A stretch of DNA of 64,000 bases from positions 14,032 through 78,031 of the forward strand of contig JAFYJM010000002.1 of NCBI GenBank assembly GCA_017538125.1. The letters run 5' to 3'. Both the position numbers and the translations under genes were made by a program. This DNA is from Bacillota bacterium. Lineage in GTDB: Bacteria; Bacillota; Clostridia; Peptostreptococcales; Anaerovoracaceae. Every line of letters begins with the position of its first letter. Within the stretch, counting starts at the first letter, position 1. The notes beneath the pieces are model-generated. The model searched no databases, had not been told where the DNA came from, and saw nothing but the letters and a program-made list of their open reading frames with translations. Positions 55,144 through 64,000 of the stretch are shown here, piece after piece.

Positions 55144-56739
55144 TCAATACTTATTCACCACGTCCAACGCTTCGATCAGCTTGATGTCTTCGTGCTTCTC
55201 CTGGAAGTAGTTAAGTGTGAACTGGTTCGCGAACAGGAGAAGCGGTCTGTCGAAATGGTCGAAGACGAGCATCTGCCTTGAGTCTATCACGTCCTTCACG
55301 TGTTCGAGATCAACGCCCTCTCCTATCCATCTCACGAGGCTCATGCTCAGCCTGTCCATGCGGATCGCGGCATTGTATTCGTTCTTCAGCCTGTACTCGA
55401 AGACCTCGAACTGCAGCTGTCCGACGGCGCCTACGACGACCTCATTGTACTGGTTCCTGTAGACCTGAATGGCTCCTTCCTGAGCGAGCTGATCCACTCC
55501 TTTCTGGAACTGTTTGGCCTTCATCGTATCCTTAGGAGAAACTAAAGCGAACATCTCCGCCGGGAAAGTCGGAAGCGGCTCGAAGAAAAGTTCTCCCTTC
55601 ACGGTCGACAAAGTATCGCCTATCTGATAGTTTCCTGTATCATAGATACCTATGATATCGCCCGCCATGGCTGTCTCCACGTTCTCGCGCTCATTCGCCA
55701 TAAGCATGGTGGACTGAGCGAGCTTCATGATCTTACCGGTACGGCTTAGCTTGACTTCCATACCTCTCGTGAATGTGCCGGAACAGATCCTGAAAAATGC
55801 CAGCCTATCCCTGTGCGCGGGGTTCATGTTTGCTTGTATCTTGAAGATGAAGCCTGAGAAGTCCTCATTTTCGGGCTGCACGGCTATATCCTCACCGTTC
55901 AGTTTGGCCTTTCTGGGGCCCGGTGATGGCGAGAGAGCCAGGAAGTGCTCAAGGAACTGAGTCGTACCGAAATCGGCAAGAGCAGAACCGAAGAAGACAG
56001 GAGTAAGTTTACCGTGTCTGATCTTATCGGTATCAAAATCATTGCCCGCGCCTTTTATCAGCTCTATCTCGTCCCTCAGATCGTCCAGATTGTATCCCGC
56101 TATCTCATCTTCGAGTTCCGGTCCGAAAACTCCTTCGTCTCCAAGCTGGATCGTCTTTTTAGCCTTATAAAGCACAGCCTCATTCTCATAGATATCGTAT
56201 ATGCCCTCAAAATTGATCCCTGAACCTATAGGCCATGTGATCGGGACGGACTCGATGCCAAGAACGTCTTCGAGTTCCTGGATCAGGTCGAAAGGATCCT
56301 TCGTCTCTCTGTCGAGTTTGTTGATGAAGGTGAAGATGGGTATGCCTCTCATCGAGCAGACCTTGAAGAGCTTCTTGGTCTGAGCCTCGATACCCTTGGC
56401 TCCGTCGATGACCATGACGGCCGAATCCACGGAAGTCAGTATCCTGTATGTATCTTCGCCGAAATCGTTATGGCCGGGAGTATCCATGATGGATATCTTC
56501 TTTCCCTGATACTCGAACTGCATGACAGATGACGTGACGGAGATGCCCCTCTGCTTCTCGATCTCCATCCAGTCGGAGGTCGCGAACTTGGAATTCCTGC
56601 GCGCCTTGACGGTGCCGGCTTCGCGGATCGCGCCGCCGTGAAGCAAAAGTTTCTCCGTAAGTGTCGTCTTGCCCGCGTCCGGGTGAGATATGATGCCGAA
56701 TATCCTTCTTTTGGCTATTTCTTTCTGTCTGTTGGACAT
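55144..56739 (-). CDS. prfC: Peptide chain release factor 3
   Basis: GTPase motifs IISHPDAGKTTLTEK, DTPGHNDF, NKLD. RF3-type domains follow. I prefer the start at 56739 (MSNRQKEIAKRR). The track ORF begins at 56823. Confidence 0.92.
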   Translation of the reverse strand: MSNRQKEIAKRRIFGIISHPDAGKTTLTEKLLLHGGAIREAGTVKARRNSKFATSDWMEIEKQRGISVTSSVMQFEYQGKKISIMDTPGHNDFGEDTYRILTSVDSAVMVIDGAKGIEAQTKKLFKVCSMRGIPIFTFINKLDRETKDPFDLIQELEDVLGIESVPITWPIGSGINFEGIYDIYENEAVLYKAKKTIQLGDEGVFGPELEDEIAGYNLDDLRDEIELIKGAGNDFDTDKIRHGKLTPVFFGSALADFGTTQFLEHFLALSPSPGPRKAKLNGEDIAVQPENEDFSGFIFKIQANMNPAHRDRLAFFRICSGTFTRGMEVKLSRTGKIMKLAQSTMLMANERENVETAMAGDIIGIYDTGNYQIGDTLSTVKGELFFEPLPTFPAEMFALVSPKDTMKAKQFQKGVDQLAQEGAIQVYRNQYNEVVVGAVGQLQFEVFEYRLKNEYNAAIRMDRLSMSLVRWIGEGVDLEHVKDVIDSRQMLVFDHFDRPLLLFANQFTLNYFQEKHEDIKLIEALDVVNKY

Positions 56740-56809
56740 AGTCGGTTCCTTTGATCTTTTTGCAAAATAATTGCCGCTGTCCACGGCATTTCTAATATAC
56801 ACGATTTCC

Positions 56810-56838
56810 TTGAAATTGTCCAATTATTTATTTATAAT
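56810..56838 (+). promoter_or_regulatory. Putative sigma-A promoter TTGAAA-17 nt-TATAAT for trmK
   Basis: -35 at 56810-56815 and -10 at 56833-56838. Only 9 nt (AAAACCGTT) separate the -10 from the ATG at 56848. Confidence 0.5.
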
Positions 56839-56847
56839 AAAACCGTT

Positions 56848-57555
56848 ATGATCAGATTATCAGAAAGACTGCAAAAAATATACGATCAGGTACTTCCCAG
56901 TGAGTCCGTCTGCGACGTAGGAACGGATCACGGCTACCTCCCTCTGGCCCTTCTGGAGTCCGGGAGATCGCCCAGAGTCATCATGTCTGATATCTCCGAA
57001 GGATCGCTCCTCAAGTGCCGCGAGAACGCCGAAAACATGCTTTCTCAGGCTGCGCCTTTCGACCTTCGTCAGGGATCAGGCATAGAAGTCCTGGAGCCAG
57101 GTGAAGTCGATACAGTCGTCATGGCAGGCATGGGAGGCATGCTTATCTCAGAACTTTTGGGTAAAGACTACTGTCATGCCCACAGTTTCAGACGATACAT
57201 CCTGCAGCCCAGAAAGCACGTGGGAAGGCTCAGATACTGGCTTTTGGACAACGATTTCACCGTGGTGCACGAGGATCTGGCCAGAGAAGGCAAATTTATC
57301 TGGCCGATCCTGACCGTTGAATCCTTCGGACGCGCACTCTTTGTGAACGCGGATCCGGACGACATCGAATTCGAATATCCGCTGACCTTGCTGGAATACA
57401 AGAATGAGCTTACAGAAGAATATCTGAGAAACGCACTTGAGCTAGAGCGGCTCAAACTCGGATCCAAGACAGCGGGCTCACTGACCACCTTCAGCGAGCT
57501 CAGGACACAGCGTCACAGAGTGGCAAGGCTTGAATACATGATAGAAAGATTGTAA
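56848..57555 (+). CDS. trmK: tRNA (adenine22-N1)-methyltransferase TrmK (YqfN family)
   Basis: 235 aa. LSERLQKIYD...VCDVGTDHGYLPLAL N-terminus is typical of TrmK, with a C-terminal coiled coil. Confidence 0.85.
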   Translation: MIRLSERLQKIYDQVLPSESVCDVGTDHGYLPLALLESGRSPRVIMSDISEGSLLKCRENAENMLSQAAPFDLRQGSGIEVLEPGEVDTVVMAGMGGMLISELLGKDYCHAHSFRRYILQPRKHVGRLRYWLLDNDFTVVHEDLAREGKFIWPILTVESFGRALFVNADPDDIEFEYPLTLLEYKNELTEEYLRNALELERLKLGSKTAGSLTTFSELRTQRHRVARLEYMIERL

Positions 57556-57562
57556 AAAATAT

Positions 57563-57584
57563 CCCCGCTTTATCGCGGGGTTTT
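57563..57584. terminator. Bidirectional intrinsic terminator between convergent trmK and the HTH gene
   Basis: Stem CCCCGC/GCGGGG (57563-57580), A6 upstream and TTTT downstream. Confidence 0.75.
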
Positions 57585-57623
57585 CTTATACAAATACGCG
57601 GAGATCATGTCTCCGCGTATGTT

Positions 57624-58139
57624 TTATCTTTTAGGCGTTTTGCCTATGATCGAAGCGATTATCAGGATAAACGGGACGAGAGGAAGTGTCAAAAGACCCA
57701 TATCTTCAAGGCCCAGCATCTCCATTATGTTATCACCTGCTATGACAATAACAAGTGCCAGAATAAACAATAACATTGATACGACCTTTCTGATGCCTCC
57801 GCCGGATGATGTCCTTGTCCTGGGCTTCCGCATCTGTGTCTTTGGCTTCGACTTCGCCGTGGGTTGACCCAAGGTCTTCACCGGTTTATACTCAGGATCA
57901 TCCGTGTCCACGTAATGGCTGTCCCTGTGCCTCTCGTCCAGATCGAGATAGTCCCAGAAGTCCACTCCGAAAAGCTCCGAGGCTTTTGCCACAAGTCTGT
58001 CGTTCGGGGTGATCTCGCCGTTCTCGATCTTTTCGATCGTTCTGACGGAAACGTGTAGTTTCTTAGCCAGATCCTTATCCGTCATATCGTTCTTTTCTCT
58101 GTAATAATTGAGTTTATTCCCAAATCTTGAGCAGTCCAT
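57624..58139 (-). CDS. Membrane-anchored XRE-family helix-turn-helix protein
   Basis: 171 aa. N-terminal HTH (FGNKLNYYREKNDMTDKDLAKKLHVSVRTIEKIENGE), a basic linker, then two hydrophobic segments (VVSMLLFILALVIVIAG and LLTLPLVPFILIIASIIG). Confidence 0.7.
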   Translation of the reverse strand: MDCSRFGNKLNYYREKNDMTDKDLAKKLHVSVRTIEKIENGEITPNDRLVAKASELFGVDFWDYLDLDERHRDSHYVDTDDPEYKPVKTLGQPTAKSKPKTQMRKPRTRTSSGGGIRKVVSMLLFILALVIVIAGDNIMEMLGLEDMGLLTLPLVPFILIIASIIGKTPKR

Positions 58140-58183
58140 TTTTTGCTCCTTATATCATAAAATATTATCGATCAGATACTAGA

Positions 58184-59005
58184 TCATATTGAAAACGGGT
58201 TGATATCGACATCTGAGAGGATCACCGCCGCATTGTCGTAAACACCTGCTTCCATGAGAATGCTGCTCAGGGCTCTCCTGAAGATGTTCTCCGTGGCGTA
58301 GTGCCCCAGATCCAGCACGTTTATGCCCAGTTCATGGGCTTTCTGCGCGTCATGGTATTTCAGATCGCCTGTCACGTAAAGGTCGCAGTTTTCAACGATG
58401 GCAGAGACCATATAGTCCGCGCCTGCGCCGCTTACCCAGCAGACTCTTTTGATGCTCACATCCTCGTCTCCGGCATATCTGAAGAATCTCTTGTCAACAC
58501 CGAGTTGGAGAGACGCACGATCCATGATATCACTAAGTCCGATGGCTTCATTGTACTCCCCGACCCTCACGTATCCATCTCCGCTCTCAGAGAGCATGAA
58601 GCTGTCAAGGCCTAGCATCGCGCCGAGGAAATCATTGTTACCGTCGTTGCATTTATCGAAGGGCGTATGGATGGAATACACGCTAATGCCCTCCTGGATC
58701 AGGTCTATCAACATATTTGACGTAATATTATTATTGTCAATCTCATCATTTTCACTGAAATCTATGCCTTCAAGGCCGACCACCTGATGAAGTGCGCCGA
58801 AGATCAAAGGATGGTGCGTTATTATTAGGTCGCATCTCTTGGTCACAGCCTCCTCTATGACGTCTGAGCGGATCTCAAGCGCCAGGAGTATCCTGTTAAA
58901 ATCGGTCTTCAGCCTCACCTGCCACCCGGAATTGTCCCAGTCCTCCTGAAGACTGAGCGGTGCTTTCGTTTCAATGGCCTTCTCTATTTCCTTATAGCTA
59001 ACCAT
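58184..59005 (-). CDS. Nif3-like dinuclear metal centre protein (YqfO family)
   Basis: 273 aa. DWDNSGWQV, ITHHPLIF, LDLGHYATE motifs typical of the NIF3 family. Confidence 0.88.
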   Translation of the reverse strand: MVSYKEIEKAIETKAPLSLQEDWDNSGWQVRLKTDFNRILLALEIRSDVIEEAVTKRCDLIITHHPLIFGALHQVVGLEGIDFSENDEIDNNNITSNMLIDLIQEGISVYSIHTPFDKCNDGNNDFLGAMLGLDSFMLSESGDGYVRVGEYNEAIGLSDIMDRASLQLGVDKRFFRYAGDEDVSIKRVCWVSGAGADYMVSAIVENCDLYVTGDLKYHDAQKAHELGINVLDLGHYATENIFRRALSSILMEAGVYDNAAVILSDVDINPFSI

Positions 59006-59065
59006 ATCTTTCCTCCATAAAGGCCGGCCCTTGCAAAGAATACAAGGGCCACGGTCGTTATATCA

Positions 59066-60019
59066 TCATTTAGGTATTTTGATCGATTTCTCGTCGCTGG
59101 CCTTGCCTCTTTGCTTCTTTTCGTTATAGGCCTTCACCTCATAGGTGTATTTCTTGCCTTTCTTGACGGTCTTGTCGTATACGTAGGTCTTGCCTTTCTT
59201 GACCGACTTGGAGAAGCCGTTATCAGTCCTGAAAACATAATATTCATCTGCAAATGATGATTCAGTCCATGTGATCTTAACGCCCTTTCCCTCCACATAT
59301 TTAAGGGACTTGATCTGAGGGATCCCCTTGGTAGTGGATTTCTTGATCGAAGAATACTTGCTGTAGTAATTCTTACCGTCCTGCTTTATGTACCATCTGG
59401 CCTTGTAATAGTATGTCTTTCCTGTGATATTCTCATCAGCATAATAGTTGCCTTTGGCCGTCTTGATCAACTTATAGTTTCCGTCCTTCTTGGTAGCACG
59501 ATAGATCTTCAGCTTCAGGCCGTCCACTTCTTTCCATGTGATCTCGGCGTAATCTGTGGCGAATCTGAACACGCTTATCGTCGGCTTCATATCCTTGATC
59601 TCTTTGGTGATATCAGTGACGGTAAAAGTGACCTTAGAGGGTGTTTCGTCATACATATCGCTCTGATCATTAGGAGAGAATCCTGCTTTGAGAGTATAAG
59701 TACCTGCCTTATCCGGTGTATAAGAGCATGAAACAGTGCTGAGATCGGTATATCTGATATTTTTGGAAAATACTACTTTGTTGGATCTCAATACCCTGAC
59801 CTGCACGTAATTATTGATCCCATTTATATACAAATCAGGTTTAACTTGTATGCTGACAGATTTGCCCAGTATATAAGCACTGTTATTAGTGGGTGAAACA
59901 ATTTCGACGTCGATACCTGTGCTTGCTTCCGCCTTCTGAGGCAAAGCGAAGGCCGTGAATATCAATGCAAACGCTATAGCCAGTACGCATATCTTTCTTC
60001 CGAGTGTTAAGGTGTTCAT
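59066..60019 (-). CDS. Secreted protein of unknown function with Ig/FN3-like beta-sandwich repeats
   Basis: 317 aa. Signal peptide MNTLTLGRKICVLAIAFALIFTAFALPQKAEA. Two repeats carry a W...Y.(V/I)(Y/F)R...YYYKAR / YTYEVKAY pattern typical of FN3-like modules. Confidence 0.6.
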   Translation of the reverse strand: MNTLTLGRKICVLAIAFALIFTAFALPQKAEASTGIDVEIVSPTNNSAYILGKSVSIQVKPDLYINGINNYVQVRVLRSNKVVFSKNIRYTDLSTVSCSYTPDKAGTYTLKAGFSPNDQSDMYDETPSKVTFTVTDITKEIKDMKPTISVFRFATDYAEITWKEVDGLKLKIYRATKKDGNYKLIKTAKGNYYADENITGKTYYYKARWYIKQDGKNYYSKYSSIKKSTTKGIPQIKSLKYVEGKGVKITWTESSFADEYYVFRTDNGFSKSVKKGKTYVYDKTVKKGKKYTYEVKAYNEKKQRGKASDEKSIKIPK

Positions 60020-60080
60020 TGCCTTCCTCCTTTTCTGTCGTCACGATACATGCTTACGTATGATCAAAGGTAGTAACGTA

Positions 60081-61346
60081 TCACTCCAAATAATCCTTTA
60101 GCTTCTTGGATCTTGAAGGATGTCTCAGTTTACGGAGAGCCTTGGCTTCGATCTGTCTGATACGCTCCCTGGTGACCTCGAATTCCTTTCCTACTTCCTC
60201 AAGGGTGCGGGCTCTGCCGTCCTCGAGGCCGAATCTCAGTTTGAGTACCTTCTGCTCACGGTCAGTCAAAGTATCGAGTACCTCGACCAACTGCTCCTTC
60301 AGCATGCTGAAAGCTGCCGCCTCTACGGGCTGGGGCACGTCTTCATCAGGGATGAAGTCACCGAGATGTGAGTCTTCCTCTTCACCGATAGGAGTTTCAA
60401 GCGATACAGGCTCCTGAGCTACCTTTTGGATCTCTCTGACCTTTTCCACGCTGAGGCCCATCTCGTCGGCTATCTCCTCCGGGGTCGGTTCACGCCCCAG
60501 TTCCTGGAGAAGCTGACGCGACACTCTGATCAGTTTGTTGATGGTCTCCACCATGTGCACGGGGATCCTGATAGTCCTGGCCTGATCGGCGATCGAACGC
60601 GTTATAGCCTGTCTGATCCACCATGTGGCGTATGTGGAGAACTTATATCCCTTGGTGTAATCGAACTTATCGACAGCCTTGATGAGACCGAGGTTGCCTT
60701 CCTGGATCAGGTCGAGGAAAAGCATGCCCCTTCCGACGTATCTCTTGGCTATGGATACGACGAGCCTTAAGTTTGCCTCGCAAAGCCTCTTCTTAGCCTC
60801 TTCATCTCCCTCGCCCATTCTCTTGGCCAGTTCGACCTCCTCTTCAGCAGTGAGCAGAGGAACTTTACCGATCTCTTTGAGGTACATCCTTACAGGATCG
60901 TCTACTGCGATGCCCTTGGTAAGTCCGCTATCTAGATCAGTATCGAAATCCGCATCAAGAGTCTCGTCCGGCATGATATCGGTATCGTCTACCATGACCA
61001 CGTCGTCCGCTATAAGGCTCAGATCGTCCGGCGCAGGTTCTTCAGGTATGATCTCAATGCCCTTGGACCAGAGTTCGTCGTAGATGTCAGGCAAGTGAAT
61101 GGTCTCCAGATTGAAGGAATCAAGTATCTTGTTCACTTCCTTCTCCGGGAGTTTGTTGCCGGTCTTCTTAGCCTGAGCCATGATGAGAGCGAGGAGTTCG
61201 TTCTGTTTCTTTTCTGCCTCGTCCTTTGACTGGATTTCGGCTTCCTCCTCTTCCCGGGCTACTTTCTCCATTGCCTCCCTCTCTTCCATGATCTCCTTAT
61301 CCAGGTCAAGATCAACGTTGTTCTTCTTTGATTTGCTGTCTGCCAT
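60081..61346 (-). CDS. sigA: RNA polymerase primary sigma factor (sigma-70/SigA)
   Basis: 421 aa. Acidic region 1, [39 protein letters not shown] (region 2), regions 3 and 4 ([20 protein letters not shown]). 1 nt overlap with dnaG (TAATG). Confidence 0.96.
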   Translation of the reverse strand: MADSKSKKNNVDLDLDKEIMEEREAMEKVAREEEEAEIQSKDEAEKKQNELLALIMAQAKKTGNKLPEKEVNKILDSFNLETIHLPDIYDELWSKGIEIIPEEPAPDDLSLIADDVVMVDDTDIMPDETLDADFDTDLDSGLTKGIAVDDPVRMYLKEIGKVPLLTAEEEVELAKRMGEGDEEAKKRLCEANLRLVVSIAKRYVGRGMLFLDLIQEGNLGLIKAVDKFDYTKGYKFSTYATWWIRQAITRSIADQARTIRIPVHMVETINKLIRVSRQLLQELGREPTPEEIADEMGLSVEKVREIQKVAQEPVSLETPIGEEEDSHLGDFIPDEDVPQPVEAAAFSMLKEQLVEVLDTLTDREQKVLKLRFGLEDGRARTLEEVGKEFEVTRERIRQIEAKALRKLRHPSRSKKLKDYLE

Positions 61347-63109
61347 TATTCTCTTCCCCCGTATTTTTTAATATCGTTCTGTATCCTGATAAATTCTTCT
61401 GTAATAGATCTGATGATCTCCTGATCTATCTCGCTTTCGTCAGCCAGATCCATCCTGGCCACGATCTCTTTTTCTTTTTTATACAAAGTATCGAGCTTCC
61501 ATTTTTTGATGCTCTCTTTGAGAACTTCCTCTTCCTTGCCGGCTAAGTGGATGCCCCCAAGGACTTCGTTCAGATACTGGCTCTCCTCCGGATCCAGTCT
61601 GTCCGTTATGTCGTCAAGTTCGAATTCTCCCTTGGTGCCGAAAAGTTCGAAGATGATGTTCTCTACCTTGACTGCGAAATCAGACTCCATGATATCAGGC
61701 TCGCTGAAAAGTTCCTCCGTCAAGTCCGGATTGGTGATAAGTGCAGAGATGACGTTTCCTTCGGTGCTGCTCAGAAAAAGCTCGCTCTCTCCCTGAACAG
61801 AAGGAAGCGGTGCCTGTTCCCTAGGCTGAGCGGTACTTCCACCCTCGATCTCTGCCATTATGGCCCTCTCCGATACTTTAAGTTTCTCAGAGAGCGATCT
61901 CACGTAGACGTCCATTTCTACCGGGCTGAGTCTTCTAAGTATATCCGCAGCCAGTTTAAGGTACTCCACCTTATCTTCGTTCTTAGTGAGATCCAGACCC
62001 TTTGAAGCCGCGTCCAGCTTGTACTGAACTGCTGTCGGAGCGTTCTTCACTAGATCCAGGAAAGCGTCTCTTCCGTGCGCTTTGGCGTATTCGTCCGGGT
62101 CCTTTCCGTCGGTCACATGGAATACCTTGACCTTAAGTCCCTGGGGTGCCAGTATGTCTATTCCTCTCAAGGCTGCGCTTATGCCGGCCGGATCGGCATC
62201 ATAGCAAAGGTTCACGTTCGGCGTGTATCTCTTGATCAGTCTTGCCTGGTTCTCCGTAAGTGCAGTGCCCAGAGAAGCAGCCACGTTATGCACTCCATAC
62301 TGGTAGAGGCTTATCACGTCCATATAGCCCTCGACTATGATGGCTGAGCTCTCTTTGGCTATCTCTGACTTCGTAGTGTTCAGCGCGTAAAGGTTGTTCT
62401 TTTTCTGGAAGATGGCATTCTCGGGAGAATTCAGATACTTCGGTATGTCATTCTCGTCGATCCTCCGGCCTCCGAAACCGATCACCTTGCCTGAAGCGTT
62501 GATGATAGGGAAAATCACCCTGTGTCTGAACTTGTCATAACACTTGCCGTCCTTACCCCTGGTCACCAGTCCTAGGTCGATCAGATCCTGGTCGTCTATG
62601 CCTTTGTTCTTGAAATGATCATAGAGACTCGTCCACTCCCTGTCGGCGTAACCGATGCCGAACTTCTTCAGGATGGCGTCGTCTATGCCGCGTTTCTTCA
62701 TGTATGTATAGCCGGGATTCGCCTTCTCGGTCAGAGCCTTATAAAAGAATCTGGCGGCTTCACGGTTTATCGCGTAAAGCTTCTCCTTTTCCTTGCTGTC
62801 GGAAGACTTCTGGAAGTTTATCTCTATGCCGTATTCCTTGCCGAGCTTCTCGCAGGCATCCATGAAGTCCAGGTTATAGTATCTCTTGGTAAACTCTATG
62901 GCATCGCCGGTGGCTCCGCAGCCGAAGCAGGTGAAGATCTGCTTCTGATCGGACACAATAAAAGACGGAGTCTTCTCGCTGTGAAACGGACAGATGCCCT
63001 TATAATTGGACCCTGCCCTTTTGAGCGGAACGACCCTGCCTATAACGTCGACGATATTGAGCTGGCTTTTGAGATCATCGATTCCACTGTTGGAATTGCG
63101 CTGAGCCAT
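61346..63109 (-). CDS. dnaG: DNA primase
   Basis: 587 aa. Zinc ribbon [39 protein letters not shown]. Confidence 0.95.
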   Translation of the reverse strand: MAQRNSNSGIDDLKSQLNIVDVIGRVVPLKRAGSNYKGICPFHSEKTPSFIVSDQKQIFTCFGCGATGDAIEFTKRYYNLDFMDACEKLGKEYGIEINFQKSSDSKEKEKLYAINREAARFFYKALTEKANPGYTYMKKRGIDDAILKKFGIGYADREWTSLYDHFKNKGIDDQDLIDLGLVTRGKDGKCYDKFRHRVIFPIINASGKVIGFGGRRIDENDIPKYLNSPENAIFQKKNNLYALNTTKSEIAKESSAIIVEGYMDVISLYQYGVHNVAASLGTALTENQARLIKRYTPNVNLCYDADPAGISAALRGIDILAPQGLKVKVFHVTDGKDPDEYAKAHGRDAFLDLVKNAPTAVQYKLDAASKGLDLTKNEDKVEYLKLAADILRRLSPVEMDVYVRSLSEKLKVSERAIMAEIEGGSTAQPREQAPLPSVQGESELFLSSTEGNVISALITNPDLTEELFSEPDIMESDFAVKVENIIFELFGTKGEFELDDITDRLDPEESQYLNEVLGGIHLAGKEEEVLKESIKKWKLDTLYKKEKEIVARMDLADESEIDQEIIRSITEEFIRIQNDIKKYGGRE

Positions 63110-63230
63110 ATATGGTCTACCCCCTAGTCTTTATACTCTCTATATACCCCAAAATATTGTTTTTCCTTTTATGGCCGGAAAAAATATTTTTTGCCGGCCG
63201 GAAGCCCCTTTTGCAGTCACCTTGACCGAC

Positions 63231-64000
63231 TTATTTCCATCCTTTCGGAACGAAAAGATCAGTATATGTGGAGAGCGCGAATCTGTCTGTCATACCTGCT
63301 ATGTAGTCTTTGACTGCCTCGTGCACGCCGTCCCTCTCGGCTATCTCCTCGAGTTCCCCGGGAAGGAGCTCTGGATTCTCGCAGTAATACTCATAGAGAG
63401 ATCTTATGACGGTCTCCACCTTGTTGAGATCCTCGTCCCTCTTGACCCTTGTGTTCTTATATACGTTCTCGAACATAAAAGATCTCAGGCTCTCCATCTC
63501 GTCCCTGAAGACCGGGCTCTGGCAGATCTCGTCCTTTCCCTCGCTGTTCAGGATGACATCGATCACCATAGAGTTGATCCTTCCTCTGTGGGATGCGCCG
63601 AAGACCTCGATGGCTGACGCCGGAATGTCGCTGAAATCTATGACACCGGATCTTAAGGCGTCATCAATGTCATGATTGATATATGCTATCCTGTCCGCGA
63701 TGTGGACGATCTGGCCTTCTAACGTGAAGGGCGTGTCCGGACCGGTGTGGTTCACTATGCCGTCCCTCACTTCAGCCGTAAGGTTCATGCCCATACCTAC
63801 CCTGTGATGGCTTCCTTCGAGGACGTCCACGACCCTCAGGCTCTGCACGTTATGCCTGAATCCGCCCGGGTGTATCCTGTTAAGCACCTCCTCGCCGTTA
63901 TGTCCGAAAGGCGTGTGCCCCAGGTCGTGTCCCAGCGAGATGGCTTCTGTCAAATCCTCGTTGTAGTTGAGCGCCCTTGCTATCGTCCTCGCGATCTGGC
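63231..64000 (-). CDS. dGTPase-like HD-domain triphosphohydrolase (5' end lies beyond the right edge of the window)
   Basis: The frame stays open to position 64000: ...ARTIARALNYNEDLTEAISLGHDLGHTPFGHNGE... This is the HD motif. Located upstream of dnaG-sigA. Confidence 0.8.
   Translation of the reverse strand, partial: QIARTIARALNYNEDLTEAISLGHDLGHTPFGHNGEEVLNRIHPGGFRHNVQSLRVVDVLEGSHHRVGMGMNLTAEVRDGIVNHTGPDTPFTLEGQIVHIADRIAYINHDIDDALRSGVIDFSDIPASAIEVFGASHRGRINSMVIDVILNSEGKDEICQSPVFRDEMESLRSFMFENVYKNTRVKRDEDLNKVETVIRSLYEYYCENPELLPGELEEIAERDGVHEAVKDYIAGMTDRFALSTYTDLFVPKGWK

Noticed and set aside
63170-63215. Long hairpin GGCCGGCAAAAAATATTTTTTCCGGCC between the dgt-like gene and dnaG, considered as a terminator
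   Set aside because: The stem is real, but no U-tract follows it on the minus strand (AUAAAAGG). It may be a weak or partial terminator, or a protein site. I do not have enough confidence to annotate it.
63231-64000. dGTPase as an anti-phage defence gene
   Set aside because: It sits in the widely conserved dgt-dnaG-sigA housekeeping arrangement with no other defence-type neighbours. The N-terminus is outside the window, so nothing more can be said.

Overview
This 64 kb window is almost entirely core housekeeping chromosome from a Bacillota organism. Gene order and a type A RNase P RNA point to class Clostridia, probably Lachnospiraceae-like. About 50 tightly packed genes sit on the minus strand; only rnpB and trmK are on the plus strand.

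Conserved blocks, in window order:
- mutS-mutL-miaA
- asp23-nusB-(Kae1-like)-xseA-xseB-ispA-dxs-tlyA
- mltG ... trmR-like / U32 peptidase
- efp
- relA-dtd-MBL-hemZ-hisS-aspS-nadD-yqeK-rsfS-leuS-rnj-ylbF, in one near gap-free run
- secDF, and tRNA-Leu-yajC
- coaE and polA
- yebC
- prfC
- dgt-dnaG-sigA ... nif3

I see no defence island, prophage, CRISPR array or obvious mobile island, and no clearly novel multi-gene system.

The features I consider most worth a second look:
1. A roughly 370 bp array of about seven degenerate 53 bp tandem units in a 584 bp non-coding gap. Thirteen copies of a TTAYACAYA motif (relaxed DnaA-box-like) sit in phase within it.
2. A roughly 180 nt rod-shaped, U-tract-terminated structured RNA candidate (6S-like) between yebC and polA.
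3. A three-gene NuoE/NuoF-like operon whose third subunit is a 1152 aa fusion of a 2Fe-2S domain, a GltD-like module and a NuoG-like module. It resembles Bfu/Stn-type electron-bifurcating enzymes.
4. A monocistronic 1407 aa protein that fuses two activase domains to a dehydratase-like domain, function unknown.

All calls rest on reading the translations and the DNA by eye. No database search was possible.
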